NCBI RefSeq assembly: GCF_001194135.2 | Contig: NC_068989.1 | Span: 84,345,675 to 84,394,903, forward strand | Source: Octopus bimaculoides | Taxonomy: Eukaryota | Direction: 5' to 3' | Length of the DNA stretch: 49,229 nt | Part shown: positions 35,103-49,030 of the stretch, one piece after another | Layout of the letters: every line of letters begins with the position of its first letter | Position numbering within the stretch: position 1 is the first letter of the stretch | Translations under genes and position numbers: made by a program | The notes under the pieces: generated by a model | Told to the model about the DNA's origin: nothing | The model's input: the letters and a program-made list of their open reading frames with translations, nothing else | Databases searched by the model: none

Positions 35103-36199
35103 CACTTTATTGCATTTTGTTATGTGCATGACCCCCCTGGTCCATAAAAAAATTGTCTTGCATGAAACCATCCATGATGCAAAAAAGAGGATTGAGAACT
35201 GCTGTTTTCCATGACATCTGTTTGCACCTAGCTATTGAAGAGGAATGTATGCCACCACATCACCAGAAGCAGTGTTAACTGTAACTGGTGGCCCTATCCA
35301 TGGGAATTTTATTATATCATTGTTTTTTGGGAGCTGGAAGATCCTGAAATTTACACATGCTTACATATACACACTAAAGTAACACAGGGAGAGATGTAAT
35401 AGCATGAGGGTATGCACTGTAACAGCATGTTATTGCATCCACCATTTGTTGGTGGCTCCCTGCCCCTAGCAGATGAGGCTTCTGATCCATTCAGGTGATA
35501 ACCCTCCAACCCATGGGTCAATTTCTGTCGTTGTTGCTGGTGAGTTTTTACAAGGTCGGAGTGCAAATCCTACCTCAACTACTTTTAATCACCTCTACAA
35601 CAGGCGGAGGAAATGTCGGGTCTATTTTTTTTTAACATGCCGGTTCCCCCACGCACCACTAGAACATGAAATGAAGTGTTTTTGCTCAAGAACACAAAAC
35701 AGTGCCTGGCCCTGGAATTGAACTCACAATCTGACAGTCATGGATGCGACAACCTAACCACTAGACCACGCATCTTCACATGGAGAGATGCAGAGAGAAA
35801 GATATATACACAGCATTCTTTAATAGATTCTTTTTAGCTGTATGTGTGTGTGTGTGTGTGTTTGTCCTGCCCCCCCCCTCTCATATCTATATTTGTTGCT
35901 TCATTAGTCGGCTCTGCACCATAATACAGCCATGGCTGGGAAAAGCATTGGGTTGAAACCATAGCTTCCCCATGAGGTGTTTACATCATATCATGTTCCG
36001 TCCTCCCTCCAACGCCCCACATGTGTGTGCATAGAATAATAGTAACACGATATATCGTGTAATTAGTTTGGAGTGCAGTGTACATATGTTGTTTGGAAAT
36101 GTCAGTGTTGTGCAACGTATACAGGTAGATTGTCAGATTGACAGATAGGCAGATGGATAGACCATAGACAGATAGCTAGATGTGCATGCAGATAGGCGG

Positions 36200-36920
<721 letters not shown>

Positions 36921-37553
36921 GTGAAGTGCCAAACCCATAGCTATCCAATACATACTGGAATAGAAAAGTAGGTTCAGATGATGATGATGATGATGATGGT
37001 TTGAGCATTTGTGGTATCCATAATTTCTTACAGATCAATCTCACGCGCTGTAACATCCCCCTCTCTCTGTCTCTCTCACTCTCCCTTCCTATTTCCCTTT
37101 TTCTCCTCCTNNNNNNNNNNNNNNNNNNNNNNNNNNNNNGCCCCCCCCTTCCTCATAGCCAACATGTCTTCTCTCTCCAACACATCCTGTGTCAGGAAAA
37201 TTCTAGAAAACCTGTAAGACTGTCAGACATAAGGAAGAGGATAATTGGGGATAGAAAGAGGAGTGATTTCCTCCCTACTCTCCGCCCCACTCCTAATCCC
37301 GTCCATGCTTTTATACAATTCTTGTAATCACTGCCACCACCACCTACCCTCCACTGTCACTGCTCATTTCCTCTTCTTCCTCTTCCGTACTTTCATCATC
37401 GTTGCTGTGATGGGGGTGGTGGAATGTGTGTCCACCCTAATTATTGTTTAGGAGAGAGGTAGAGAAAAACACACACACACACATGCACACACACACATGC
37501 ATGCACACATGCATGCACGCACACACTGATGTGGATGCTCACATGCAAAATTC

Positions 37554-37940
37554 GTTGTTATTGTTGGCACTCCATTGCTTACGACGTCGAGGGTTCCAGT
37601 TGATCCGATCAACTGGAAAGCCTGCTCGTGAAATTAACGTGCAAGTGGCTGAGCACTCCATAGACACGTGTACCCTTAACGTAGTTCTCGGGGATATTCA
37701 GCGTGACACAGTGTGACAAGGCTGACCCTTTGAATTACAGGCACAACAGAAACAGGAAGTAAGAGTGAGAGAAAGTTGTGGTGAATGAGTACAGCAGGAT
37801 TCACCACCATCCCCTGCCGGAGCCTCGTGGAGCTTTAGGTGTTTTTGCTCAATAAACACTCACAACACCCGGTCTGGGAATCGAAACCGCGATCCTATGA
37901 CCGCGAGTCCGCTGCCCTAACCACTGGGCCATTGCGCCTC
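37554..37940 (-). mobile_element. SINE family A
   Basis: Full copy; 12-bp target duplication catgcaaaattc at 37542-37553 and 37943-37954. Confidence 0.92.
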
Positions 37941-38177
37941 CCCATGCAAAATTCACATACATGCAAACATACAAACACATACTTTTGCTCACACCTACAT
38001 GTACAAGAACTTGTACATGCCCACATGCAATCATGGTGTGCATTTATATGCACACACGTGTGTTTGTATTTGCTCCCTCTTCTTCATTAACTTTTTTTCG
38101 ATTACATTTTCTCTTGTTTTTTTTTCCCTCTGCTGCTATTACTACTCTTAATAATAATTATTTTCATTATAAGCATA

Positions 38178-38372
38178 AGGCCTGAAATTTTGAGGGGAGG
38201 GGTAGGCTTGTCGATTACATCAACCCTAGTGCTAAACTGGTGCTTATTGGACCCTAAATGGATAAAAGGTAAAATCAGAATCGGCAGTATTTGAACTCGG
38301 AACATGAATCTGGAAGAAATACTACAAAGTATTGTGTTCATCATGCTAATGATTCTGCCATCTTGTCTTACC
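38178..38372 (-). mobile_element. SINE family C, diverged
   Basis: aaggcctgaaatttt...tcgattacatcaaccc...tttgaactcggaac...gctaatgattctgcc. Other fragments near 26630, 39730, 42860, 44878 and 45190. Confidence 0.7.
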
Positions 38373-38779
38373 ACTATCTACTATGATAATACTCTTGTGT
38401 TTTTCTCCGTCACAACATATGAATGAGAAAGGAAGGGGTGACAGATGAATGAGGAAGGAAGGGGTGATGGCAAATTGGTAGTGGGAGCGTTTCAACTCTT
38501 TGTGAGTATATGTGTGTGTATGTAAAAAGGAGGTATGTGAATGTGTTTGTGTGTGTGTGTGTGTGTAATGAAAGTGGGATGGTAAGCATTCAACGCTGAA
38601 AAGAAAAATCAAACAGCGTTTCAACTGTTTTTTCAGTAACAAACGATGATCGATGTCAGATCTTAAAAGACAACCACTAGATAACATTGACAAGTGTATT
38701 AATTTGACTTACCATCCATATTTATATATAAACTACTACAATTAGCCGTCATTTTTGACGGCACAGGGCCAGCTACCGT

Positions 38780-38970
38780 CATTGACGTTGTCGTCGTTTA
38801 ATGTCCACTTTCCATGCTGGCATGGGTTGGACAGTTTGACTGAGGACTGGCAAACCAGTAGGCTACACCAGGCTCCAATCTGATTTGGCAGAGTTTCTAC
38901 AGCTGGATGCCCTTCCTAATGCCAACCACTCCAAGAGTGTAATGGGCGCTTTTTACATGCTACTGGCACA
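38780..38970 (-). mobile_element. Family D retroposon, truncated
   Basis: cgtttaatgtccactttccatgctggcatggg...ctggatgcccttcctaatgccaacc. More diverged or truncated copies at about 6200-6415, 9190-9510, 13700-13800, 15660-15870, 39810-40130, 45620-45800, 46690-46900 and 47093-47197. Confidence 0.75.
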
Positions 38971-39225
38971 TAATAATTAAGATGATGTATATGATGACGA
39001 TGATAGGGTTTCCTCTGAGCATAACAAGACCAAAAATCCTGTAAAGAAGGGGTTAGAGTTAAATTAATCTGTCCCTGGTTGATAGAATGAAAGCTAATCA
39101 AGAAACTCTTTACCTGACTCTGTTCAGCATCCACTGAAGGGATTTTGATCACTGAATCAGTTCAAAGCTTTGCTTGATACAACTAAAATCAGTGGGAATT
39201 AAAAAAATAAAAATTGACAGACGTG

Positions 39226-39590
39226 ATTATGTGTTTGAGAAGCTTGCTTTCCACTCATGTGGTCTTGGGTTCGGTCCCATTGTATGGAACCTTTGGGCAA
39301 ATGTCTTCTACTATAGCCCTTGTGAGTGGATTCAGAGGGTGGAAACTGAAAGAAGCCTATGTGTGTGTGTGTGTATGTTTGTGTTGTATTTCTCCCCTAC
39401 CATTGCTTGACAACCAGTGTTGGTTTGTTTATGTTCCCATAACTTAGTGGTGTTGAGCAAGTAGTCCAACAGAAGAAGTACCAAGCTTAACCAAAATAAG
39501 AACTGGGGTTAATTCATTCAGCTAAAATCCTATAAGGCAGTGCCCCAGCATGGCCACAATCCAGTGACTGAAACATGCAAGTGATGAAAG
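39226..39590 (+). mobile_element. SINE family B, diverged
   Basis: gagaagcttgctttccactcatgtggtcttgggttcggtccc...ccttgggcaaatgtcttctactatagccc...(TG)n...cccagcatggccac. Further fragments near 3888, 27760, 28084, 30641-31335 and 42600. Confidence 0.75.
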
Positions 39591-40310
39591 ACAAGAATTA
39601 GCCAGTTATTCACCTGACTACCTACGTGTGTGTGTTTTCCTTTTNNNNNNNNNNNNNNNNNNNNNNNNNNNNNNNNNNNNNNNNNNNNNNNNNNNNNNNN
39701 NNNNNNGGGGGTGGGGGGTGGGGGTGGAGCCAGTCGATTAGATCGACTCCAGTACACAACTGGTACTTAATTTATCGATCCCGAAAGGATGTATGGCAAA
39801 GTCGACCTTGGGCCTCATGGAGGCAATGTGACCAATGCCTGTGTCATGTATCTGGCATTCATGCCGGTGGTACATAAAATGCACCGTTCGAGTGTTGGGC
39901 CTTATGGAGGCAATGTAGTTGATACTGCTGTCATACAACTGGCCCCCATTCTGGTGGCATGTAAAAGCACCCATTACACTCTTGGGGTGGTTGGTGTTAG
40001 GAATGGCATCCAGCCATAGAAACCATGCCAAATCAGACTAAAGTCTGGTGCGGCCCCTCAGCTTACCAGCCCTGGTCAAACCATCCAACCCATGCCAGCA
40101 GCATGGACAACAGGCATTAAATAATGATGATTTTTCTGGGGCCAGACACCCTTCCTGCTTCATGTACATAGGTAGGCAAGCTCTCATATGCTAATTAGTC
40201 CATAGCTGGATCAAGGTAAACTCAGGAACAATAATGGCTAAGAGGTGATTCCACACTCCTTGAAACCCTGGACCTCCTAACCTAAGGCTGCATTGTCAGA
40301 TGCAGTTTAA

Positions 40311-40531
40311 CCCTTCAGCCTTTAAGCTGGCCATATCCGGCCCAAATATTCTACTTGTTTTGCACTCAAACCAGCCAGATCTCATCTCTCACACCCACCC
40401 TACAATGTCATTCTAAAAATAGGCAATCATATCATATCAAAATCTTGTACCTGCAAGACAATACATGATTATTTAAAACAATAAGAATAAATAAATATTA
40501 TATTTGACAAAATAATTTGAATGCTAAAGGG
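40311..40531. mobile_element. piggyBac-like MITE (TTAA target duplication)
   Basis: TTAA|CCCTTCAGCCTTTAA ... TTGAATGCTAAAGGG|TTAA; TIR match 12/15. Confidence 0.75.
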
Positions 40532-40572
40532 TTAAAGCCATATCCAGGACAATGAAGGGGCTATACAACAAT

Positions 40573-40935
40573 CGTGGCACTCCGTCGGTTACGACGTCGA
40601 GGGTTCCAGTTGATCCGATCAACAGAACAGCCTGCTTGTGAAATTAACATGCAAGTGGCTGAACACTCCACAGACACGTGTACCCTTAATGTAGTTCTCA
40701 GGGAGATTCAGCGTGACACAGAGTGTGAAAAGGCTGGCCCTTTGAAAATACAGGTCCAACAGGAACAAGAAGAAAAAATGATGAGAGAAATTCACCCCAC
40801 CACCACCCTGCTGGAGCCTCGTGGCGCTTTAGGTGTTTTAGCTCAATAAACACTCACAACACCCGGTCCGGGAATCGAAACCATGATCCTATGACTGTGA
40901 GTCCGCTGCCCTAACCACTGGGCCATTGCGCCTCC
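40573..40935 (-). mobile_element. SINE family A
   Basis: Full copy; 10-bp target duplication atacaacaat at 40563-40572 and 40938-40947. Confidence 0.9.
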
Positions 40936-41258
40936 ACATACAACAATAGCAACAGTTACAAGAAGTATCATTAACCTTACACTCTATCTGTTGTGGTCGT
41001 TGATCAATCGGGGTTGACCTCTTGGGGAAGTTCTACAGCAAAAAACTGTTTTGTGTAATGGTCAATAGTCTCACTGGATCAAGTCTAGCTCCCTGGGGAA
41101 GCAACACAAGAAAGATAACAACAACAACAACAACAACAACGACAAGCATCGTTAACTAGAACACTATATCGTCTGTGTTGTGGAACACTAGACAAATGTT
41201 ATGTAATATTTCTGCCTTTCTTCTTGGCAAATATTCACTTGCACATACATATATATAA

Positions 41259-41372
41259 TAATGCATATATATAATAATGCATATATATAATAATGCATAT
41301 ATATAATAATGCATATATATAATAATGCATATATATAATAATGCATATATATAATAATGCATATATATAATA
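41259..41372. repeat. 16-bp-unit tandem repeat (catatatataataatg), about 7 copies
   Basis: Direct reading; followed by a large (CA)/(TA) microsatellite block to about 41900. Confidence 0.9.
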
Positions 41373-41407
41373 ATAATAATAATACAGCTGGCACCCTGCA
41401 CGTATGT

Positions 41408-41448
<41 letters not shown>

Positions 41449-41651
41449 AAAGACCTTGCAGCTGTGTTATGTGCAAACACTATCTTATATATATATATAT
41501 GTGTGTGTGTGTGTATATGTATATATATATATATATATAAATAATGTATATATATATACATACATATATATACTATTTAAACTTATATATTTGTATATAC
41601 CCACATATCTATACATATATATATATATAAATATATATATATATACATATA

Positions 41652-41714
<63 letters not shown>

Positions 41715-43164
41715 GTATATATATGCACACATACACACGCAGGCAGACACTTATGCAACTGGTTACATATACACAACCATCAGACTGCTGCATACACACA
41801 CACACACACACACGCTCTGCTGTACATGCAAGCAAACTAACTTCACATTACAGCTACACTCACACACACAGACACACACACACACACATAAAGCATTGCA
41901 CCTAATTACATACACATAGAAACACCCACACAACTACATCTCCATAACTAACAGACTTGTCGGTATATACAGTCCCTTAACATTTAGAAATAGTGGGAGT
42001 AACCTAATTCTGTGCAGAGAGGAAGGGGAGGAGGGAGAGAGGGAGGGTGGGAGGTTGTAGTTAATGTATTTATCTTAATCACAGCTTTCTCAGACAGTTT
42101 CTCTGTGTATGTATGTGTGTGTGTGTGTGTATGTGAGTGTGTATGTATACGTATGCACATATGTATGTAGGAGTGCCTTTGTGGATATTCATGCGTGTGA
42201 GCGTCGAGGGTGTTTATACATGTATATGTATGAATATATGTGTGTATATGTGTATTTATATATATATATATATATGTATACATAAATACATATGTGTGTG
42301 TGTGTGTGCGTATGAACGTTAGTATATTTGAATGTGTGTGTGTGTATAAAACAATAATTCAATCAAAAGAACATGTATAGTAAAGTTTGTGGTTTCTGGA
42401 GGAGGTCTGCATACACTGAAACATGTCTTGAGTTGTTTCCCTTGGTTGACAAAAAAGGAATCAAAATATAACACTGAGGTAATAATTATTTTAAGTAGCT
42501 TTTAGATATTCACTACATCAAATATCCTAATTAGCAACAATAACAGGTTTAATGCTTTGATTTCTAATTAGACATTTGATTTTGTTTTAGATTTTCATAT
42601 CTTTTATCCTTTATCTTTTACTTGTGTCAGTCATTGGACTGTGGCCATGCTACGACACTGCCTCAAAGGATTCAGTTAAGCAAATCCTCTCCAGTGTTTA
42701 TTCTTTAGATATTACTGGTATTTGCTATTGGGGGGGGGGGACTTTCTAAGTGCAATCCTCTCATCATTCATGACAGAAGGGGGGTCTTTACTCCTTATCT
42801 TTTTGAAGAAAACCAAACAATACCATGTAAGTGATCCCCATAAATTTAGATATTACTGATATATTACTGGTATTTGCTTATATTTACCAACCAAAGAAAA
42901 CACATGAGAAGCAAAGTGAACTGAGCCAGGGTAGGATTTGAACTTAATATAAATAGATGTCACTTAATACAGCAAGGCACTTTGTCCACTGCTCTACCGA
43001 CTGTACTACATCGTCTTTTACTTCTGACTGAAGCATTATTAGACGAAGAAAGAGATCTTTAGGGATACTGTGTTGTCATCCCCTTGAGTATATATTCCAC
43101 AGAGCCTCCCAAAACTAGACACCAATATCTAATCATTATCTAAGCCTAATTAGATTATCTATTG

Positions 43165-43480
43165 CATTGGGCTCACAATCATGAGATAGTGAGTTCAATT
43201 CCCGGACCGAGCGTTGTGCTGTGTTCTCAAGCAAGACACTTTATTTCACGTTGCTCCAGTTCACTCAGCTGTAGAAATGAGTTGTGATGTCACTAGTTCT
43301 GCCAAGCTGTATCGGCCCCTTTGCCTTTTCCTTGGATAACATCAGTGACATGGAGAGGGGAGGCTGGTATGCATGGGCGACTGCTGGTCTTCCATAAACA
43401 ACCTTGCCCGGACTTGTGCCTTGGAGGGGAACTTTCTAAGTGCAATTTCATGGTCATTCATAACCGAAGGGGTCTTTACT
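43165..43480 (+). mobile_element. tRNA-derived SINE family E (V-like front half, distinct 3' module)
   Basis: gtgagttcaattcccggacc...agcaagacactttatttcacgttgctccagttcactcagctg... ending gaaggggtctttactcctt. Confidence 0.65.
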
Positions 43481-45344
43481 CCTTTATGAAGAAAGCCATA
43501 CAATACCATGTAAGTAATCCCCATAAATTATGAGTTATTTAACCCCTGTTCAGTCCTGTTTGAGCAGACTTACAATCATATGTTCTCACCATGACCATTC
43601 CATCATATTTTACATAGGACTTATCAAAGAATAGTTTATCTAAAACTACATCATTTTGTGTGGTCCTTCTTTCTTAAAGGTGGTTATGTCTGATTTCAGA
43701 GTGATTTGGTTATTGTTTCCAGCAGGACTGTACTGTTTTGGTCCTATCCTTGGGTTTATGACTAGGCTATTGTTACATCTGCTCCCTTCCAACTTAAGCA
43801 TTGTCNNNNNNNNNNNNNNNNNNNNNNNNNNNNNNNNNNNNNNNNNNNNNNNNNNNNNNNNNNNNNNNNNNNNNNNNNNNNNNNNNNNNNNNNNNNNNNN
43901 NNNNNNNNNNNNNNNNNNNNNNNNNNNNNNNNNNNNNNNNNNNNNNNNNNNNNNNNNNNNNNNNNNNNNNNNNNNNNNNNNNNNNNNNNNNNNNNNNNNN
44001 NNNNNNNNNNNNNNNNNNNNNNNNNNNNNNNNNNNNNNNNNNNNNNNNNNNNNNNNNNNNNNNNNNNNNNNNNNNNNNNNNNNNNNNNNNNNNNNNNNNN
44101 NNNNNNNNNNNNNNNNNNNNNNNNNNNNNNNNNNNNNNNNNNNNNNNNNNNNNNNNNNNNNNNNNNNNNNNNNNNNNNNNNNNNNNNNNNNNNNNNNNNN
44201 NNNNNNNNNNNNNNNNNNNNNNNNNNNNNNNNNNNNNNNNNNNNNNNNNNNNNNNNNNNNNNNNNNNNNNGGCAGTAATGGTTAACAGGTGTACATGTGA
44301 TGATGATGATGAAGTTAGAAATGATTTTGGTGGCGGGGTTGACAGTGTTAATGAGGATTGAGATTATGGTGGTGATGATGGTGGTGGTGGTGGCAGTGGG
44401 GTGTTAATGGGGTAAGTGGTAATGCATGGGGAGGTGATGAGGATCGTGGGGGGGGGGGTAGTGGGAGATGAAAGAGCGGCTTGAACGCAGACCTACTGAC
44501 CTGATGAAAAACGGTGAAGAAGATTATAGGAAAAGGGTCATGTGATCCATAACATACAACAACAATCAACCAAAGATTCTGGTTGTAGTATTGGTGATAG
44601 TAGTTGTAGTTTTGTTGGTGGTGATAGTGTCTGTCATGGTAGTATTAGTGGTGGTTATGGTGTGGATAGTGGTGATAAAGGTGTTCAGGTATCACTGGTA
44701 TATACTATGTTCAGGTATATCACTGGTATATACTATATCACTGGTATATACAGTGTTGGTGTGAGTGGTGAGGGTAGTGGTATGTATTGGTGGTAGTATG
44801 ATGGTTGTAAGAAGTAATAGTATAAATACTGATGATTAATTATCATCATCATAATAACGATGGCTGTAACTGTTGTCAAGACAGCAAGCTGACAGAATCA
44901 TTAGCATGTCTGACAAAACAATTAGCTGCATTTCTTCTGGCTGTTTATGTTCTGAGTTCAAATCTCACTAAGTCACTTACTTGCCATTGAAACTAGGTAA
45001 CCGATCTTAGAAGCCCTAGGGCTCAAGAAGAGCTGGTGCTCTGCAAAAAAGCACCCATGCCAGGACCATGTAACACTTGTGTTGGTGTCACGTAAAAAGC
45101 AGCCAGTACATTGTGAAGTGGTTGGCACCTGGAAGGTACTTTGTCCAATACTTACTACTGAGCTTGTAAATAATTTCTTACTAGGAGTTTAGTTGATTAA
45201 ACGGACCCTAGTAGATAACTGGTACTTATTTTTCTGACCTGAGAAGAATAAAAGACAAAAGTTGACCCAGCAAGATTTCATATAATCAAAATATCTCCAT
45301 GAAATTCATCTACTGCTCTTTAACTTCCACAAGTCCATTTTCCC

Positions 45345-45610
45345 ATTGCCCAGTGGTTAGAGTGTTGCACTCATGATTGTGAGACTGTGGTTTCGAATCC
45401 TGGACCAGGTGGTGTGTTGTCTTCTGGAGCAAGATATTTCATTTCACATTGCTCTTGTCCAATAAGCTGTAAATAAACTCCAGCAATTGCTGGGAAGTTA
45501 ACCCTGCGATGGACTGGTATCCTATCCAGGTAGTGTTGTGGTCTCAATGACCAATATGCCATGGAAACTAGGTTAAGTTCTAATCTTATGAGTCCTAGGG
45601 CTCATGATAG
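45345..45610 (+). mobile_element. tRNA-derived SINE with V-domain-like core
   Basis: gcccagtggttagag...ggtttcgaatcctgg...gagcaaga..ttcatttcac and aaccctgcgatggactggtatcctatccagg, resembling the V-SINE central motif ccctgcgatggactggc...gtccaggg. Related antisense copies at about 16440-16645 and 35640-35780. Confidence 0.6.
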
Positions 45611-46167
45611 ACCTAATCGTCATCATCATCATTTAATGTCCATTTTCCAAGCTGGCATGGGTTGGACAGCTTGACAGGAACTGGTAAGCCAGAGAGTTGC
45701 TCCAAACTCCTTTGTCTGTTTTGGCATGGTCTCTACAGCTGGTTGCTTTTTATGTGGACCTAGCACTGGTGCTTTTTACACGATAACAGCACCAAAAGGC
45801 ACCTAAGTAACTTACAAGACTCCTCAGCTGAGAGCGGGTGTGATACTAAGGGAGTTGGCCAGTCGAGAGGTTAAAGTATAAAAGAGGGATAGAGATAGGT
45901 GTCTTACTATAGAGACACTTGGCTATCCTGGTAGGAAAAGAAAGAAAAGGAGAGACAGTCAGAGTGAGAGAGAGAAATAGATTGTGCTGGAGATGTATCG
46001 AGACATGCCCACAAGTGATACTAAATATTGATACTGTGATCGATAACCTGTCTATTGATAGCATTTATATAACTTTGTATCCAATGATGGATCCTCAAGG
46101 AATATCAGGTGAATCTCTCTTAAGCTCCAAAGCTACTGTCTTAAAGAAGGAAAGGATATAGGAAAGA

Positions 46168-46430
46168 ATGTAGTCTGGATAACTCTAGATGGGATGGCCA
46201 CGAATGGAACGTCTTTGATCTCGGGTCTGCTGAGTCAGGGCTCATTTGGAGTAAAAATAACAATGAAAGGAAGGACACGTTGAATAATGTAGTCCTAGAT
46301 ACATTATGTCTGAATAAAAGTCAGGATGATCATGCCTGGAATACTCTTTAATCATAGGTCTACTAGATCAAAGTTGACAACGCAGTAACAACAAGAGCAC
46401 ATTAGATAATGTAGTCCTAGGTACACTGTC
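46168..46430 (+). repeat. Unclassified dispersed repeat with about 110-120-bp internal units (second copy about 47700-47990)
   Basis: Shared motifs tgtagtc(c/t)tagatacac/ttatgtctgaataaa, tttgatca..ggtctact.gatcaaagttgac. Confidence 0.6.
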
Positions 46431-47353
46431 ATCATTATCACCTTTCCATTGCTGTATGGAGACCAGCATGCTAAAGAATAGATCAAAAGTATCCTTTCTG
46501 TCATAAAAGGCAACTAAAAGAGGTTGAGGTAGGGCTTGTACTCTGACCTCATAAAACCCTCAACAGCGACTCTACCCAAACAGACCCAAGGGTTGCAGAG
46601 TTGCCACGTGGGTAAGGGAATCTCTGACGAATGGTCGATACAGTGATGTGTTGTACAGTGCATGCCCACATACCTTACCTTACCTTACCTTTCCATATTT
46701 GTACAACTCAGTCAAAATTTGTTGTGGCATATTTTCTACAGCACTGGATGCTCTTCCTGGTGCCAACACTCGCCTGTTTCCATGCTAGGTAATGTTTCCC
46801 CATGGCAAGATATGGCTTTCTACGAAAGACTGGAAACAAACAACCTCACTTGTATAATGGTGATGCTTGTTTACAATCATCACATGATGTCAAGACAAAG
46901 GTACACACTCACACACATACACACACACACACACACATGCATGTGCTCCAGCATGACTACAGCCCAAAAGGGCTCAAATGTATAAGAGTATAAAAGAATA
47001 TATGTGTGTGTGTGTGTGTGTGTATATATATACGATGGGCTTATTTCATACAGTTCTATATTTGCGAGATGAGGAATTACGTACGTTATTTACGATTGGA
47101 GCCTGGTGTTGCCATCCGGTTTCACCAGTCCTCAGTCAAATTGTCCAACCCATACTAGCATGGAAGGCGGACGTTAAACGATGATGATGATGATGATTTA
47201 CATTATTTAAAAGAGGCAGCACATATGCTAGGACATAATAACCTCCTAAGCTGACCTAGTGGAGATATGAACAGCATATGGGAACCGGTATTAAGGAAGG
47301 ATAGGAAAATATTAGATTTATAAGCCCTAAAATTCACTCCATAATTGTCCACA

Positions 47354-47600
47354 GGCATATGGTGTAGTGGTTAAGAGCATGGGCTACTAACCCCAAGATT
47401 CCGAGTTCAATTCCAGGCAGTGAATAATAATAATAATAATAATTATTATAATAATAATAATAACATCGGAAAAATACCTTAGGAATGAGAACTCAGGTTC
47501 AAAATTCCCCCAGGACACCTGATGAAGGCTGGAGAGTACATCAGCTGAAACGTGTTAACAACAAACAAGATGAGGACAAATATCCATCAAATGTAAATAA
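47354..47600 (+). mobile_element. Solo copy of family H SINE
   Basis: ggcatatggtgtagtggttaagagc...gagttcaattcc...(aat)n...gacacctgatgaaggctggagagtacatcagctgaaacgtgtt...tgtaaataa; collinear with 13317-13562. Confidence 0.85.
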
Positions 47601-48478
47601 GGGCTCATCTCAGTTTCCATCTCTGAAATCCATTGCCTGAGGCTATAGTACTGCACAGTAGACCTGAGACCACAGTGTAGGGAAGTAAGCTTCTCTACTA
47701 CCCATCTGTAAAAGACTGGACGGTCATGGCTGTAACGTTTTTGATCACATGTCTGCTCACACAAGCTGACCTGGGTGAAAACAATTGCAAATAAGAAGGC
47801 ATTCTACAACCCATGTCTGAATAAAAACTAAGATGGTGGCCAAAAGGAACACTTTTGATCATGAGTCTACTGGATCAAAGTTGACCAAGGAGGACACGTT
47901 AGATTGTGTAGTCTTAGATACACTATGTCTGAATAAAGGACTGGATGGTCAATACTGGAATGTCTTTGACCATAGGTCTGTCTGTCTGGATGAGGAGTGA
48001 TATGATAGACAGCAACAACCATTATATGATACATTCGCCATCATCTTTCATAATTAACATTCAGGTTGTTTTAATCAACTGGACTACCTACTCACTTAAT
48101 TAGCATACAAGTGGCTGAGTATTCCACAGACATATGTACCTTTTAATATAATTGCCAGGCCCAAGCAGTACGGCACAGTATAATAAGGCTAGATTTTTGA
48201 ATTACAGATACAAATCCGTTTGGTAGGCTTCCATAAAGTCTCCACTTTCACTCACAAGTTTTGAGTGAATTTGAAACTATGGTAAAAGGTAAATACCCAT
48301 GATGCCCTGCCTGTTTAACTCAGTAGGTGCTTATAGTTTGAAAAGCTTGTGTGGAGTGAAACATATGGCCACTTGTAACAAATCACATTTTAATACATTA
48401 TATATAATCCGTGTGTGTACGTGCACATATATGTGTATGTGCATGCATACATATACACTTTTGTGTATGTATATCTGT

Positions 48479-48518
<40 letters not shown>

Positions 48519-48649
48519 AATGAAGTTTCACTCTTGGGATTGCCAACGCCTTTTCGTTTCAATCTGTTGAATTGTACATTGGTTGATGTTAATTAATCTG
48601 AAGAATTATCATCAATAAATATTTATTCATTGTAGAGAATAGTCCACCA

Positions 48650-49030
48650 TTATACATCACCACCACAACTCACTACATTCACCACTATCACCATCACCAC
48701 CACCACCTCCACCACACAACATTCACCACCACCACCATATCACTACCACAACCATCAACACTATTATTACTGCTACCACAACCACCACCACCACCACCCC
48801 TTCTACACACTAGCCTCATACCACCACCTCTATATATCACCGACACCATACAATATTACACCACCATTCACAACTACCATTATCACCCATCGCCACTACC
48901 ACTAGCACTATACTATATTTCTGCATACAACCATCGCCCGCCCCACCACCACCACCAACACCTTTATATAACTACAACTGCTACAGAACACCATCAACAC
49001 CACCACAGCCTCCCATGCTATCACTATCAT
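48650..49030. repeat. (ACC/ACT)-rich low-complexity tract
   Basis: Degenerate trinucleotide repeat; mirror composition to the (GGT)-rich tract at 44270-44830. Confidence 0.85.

Noticed and set aside
46480-46560. RTE-like 5' UTR motif (ctgtcataaaaggcaactaaaag) with a possible HDV-like ribozyme
   Set aside because: Too degraded to fold a nested double pseudoknot by eye; no ORF follows.
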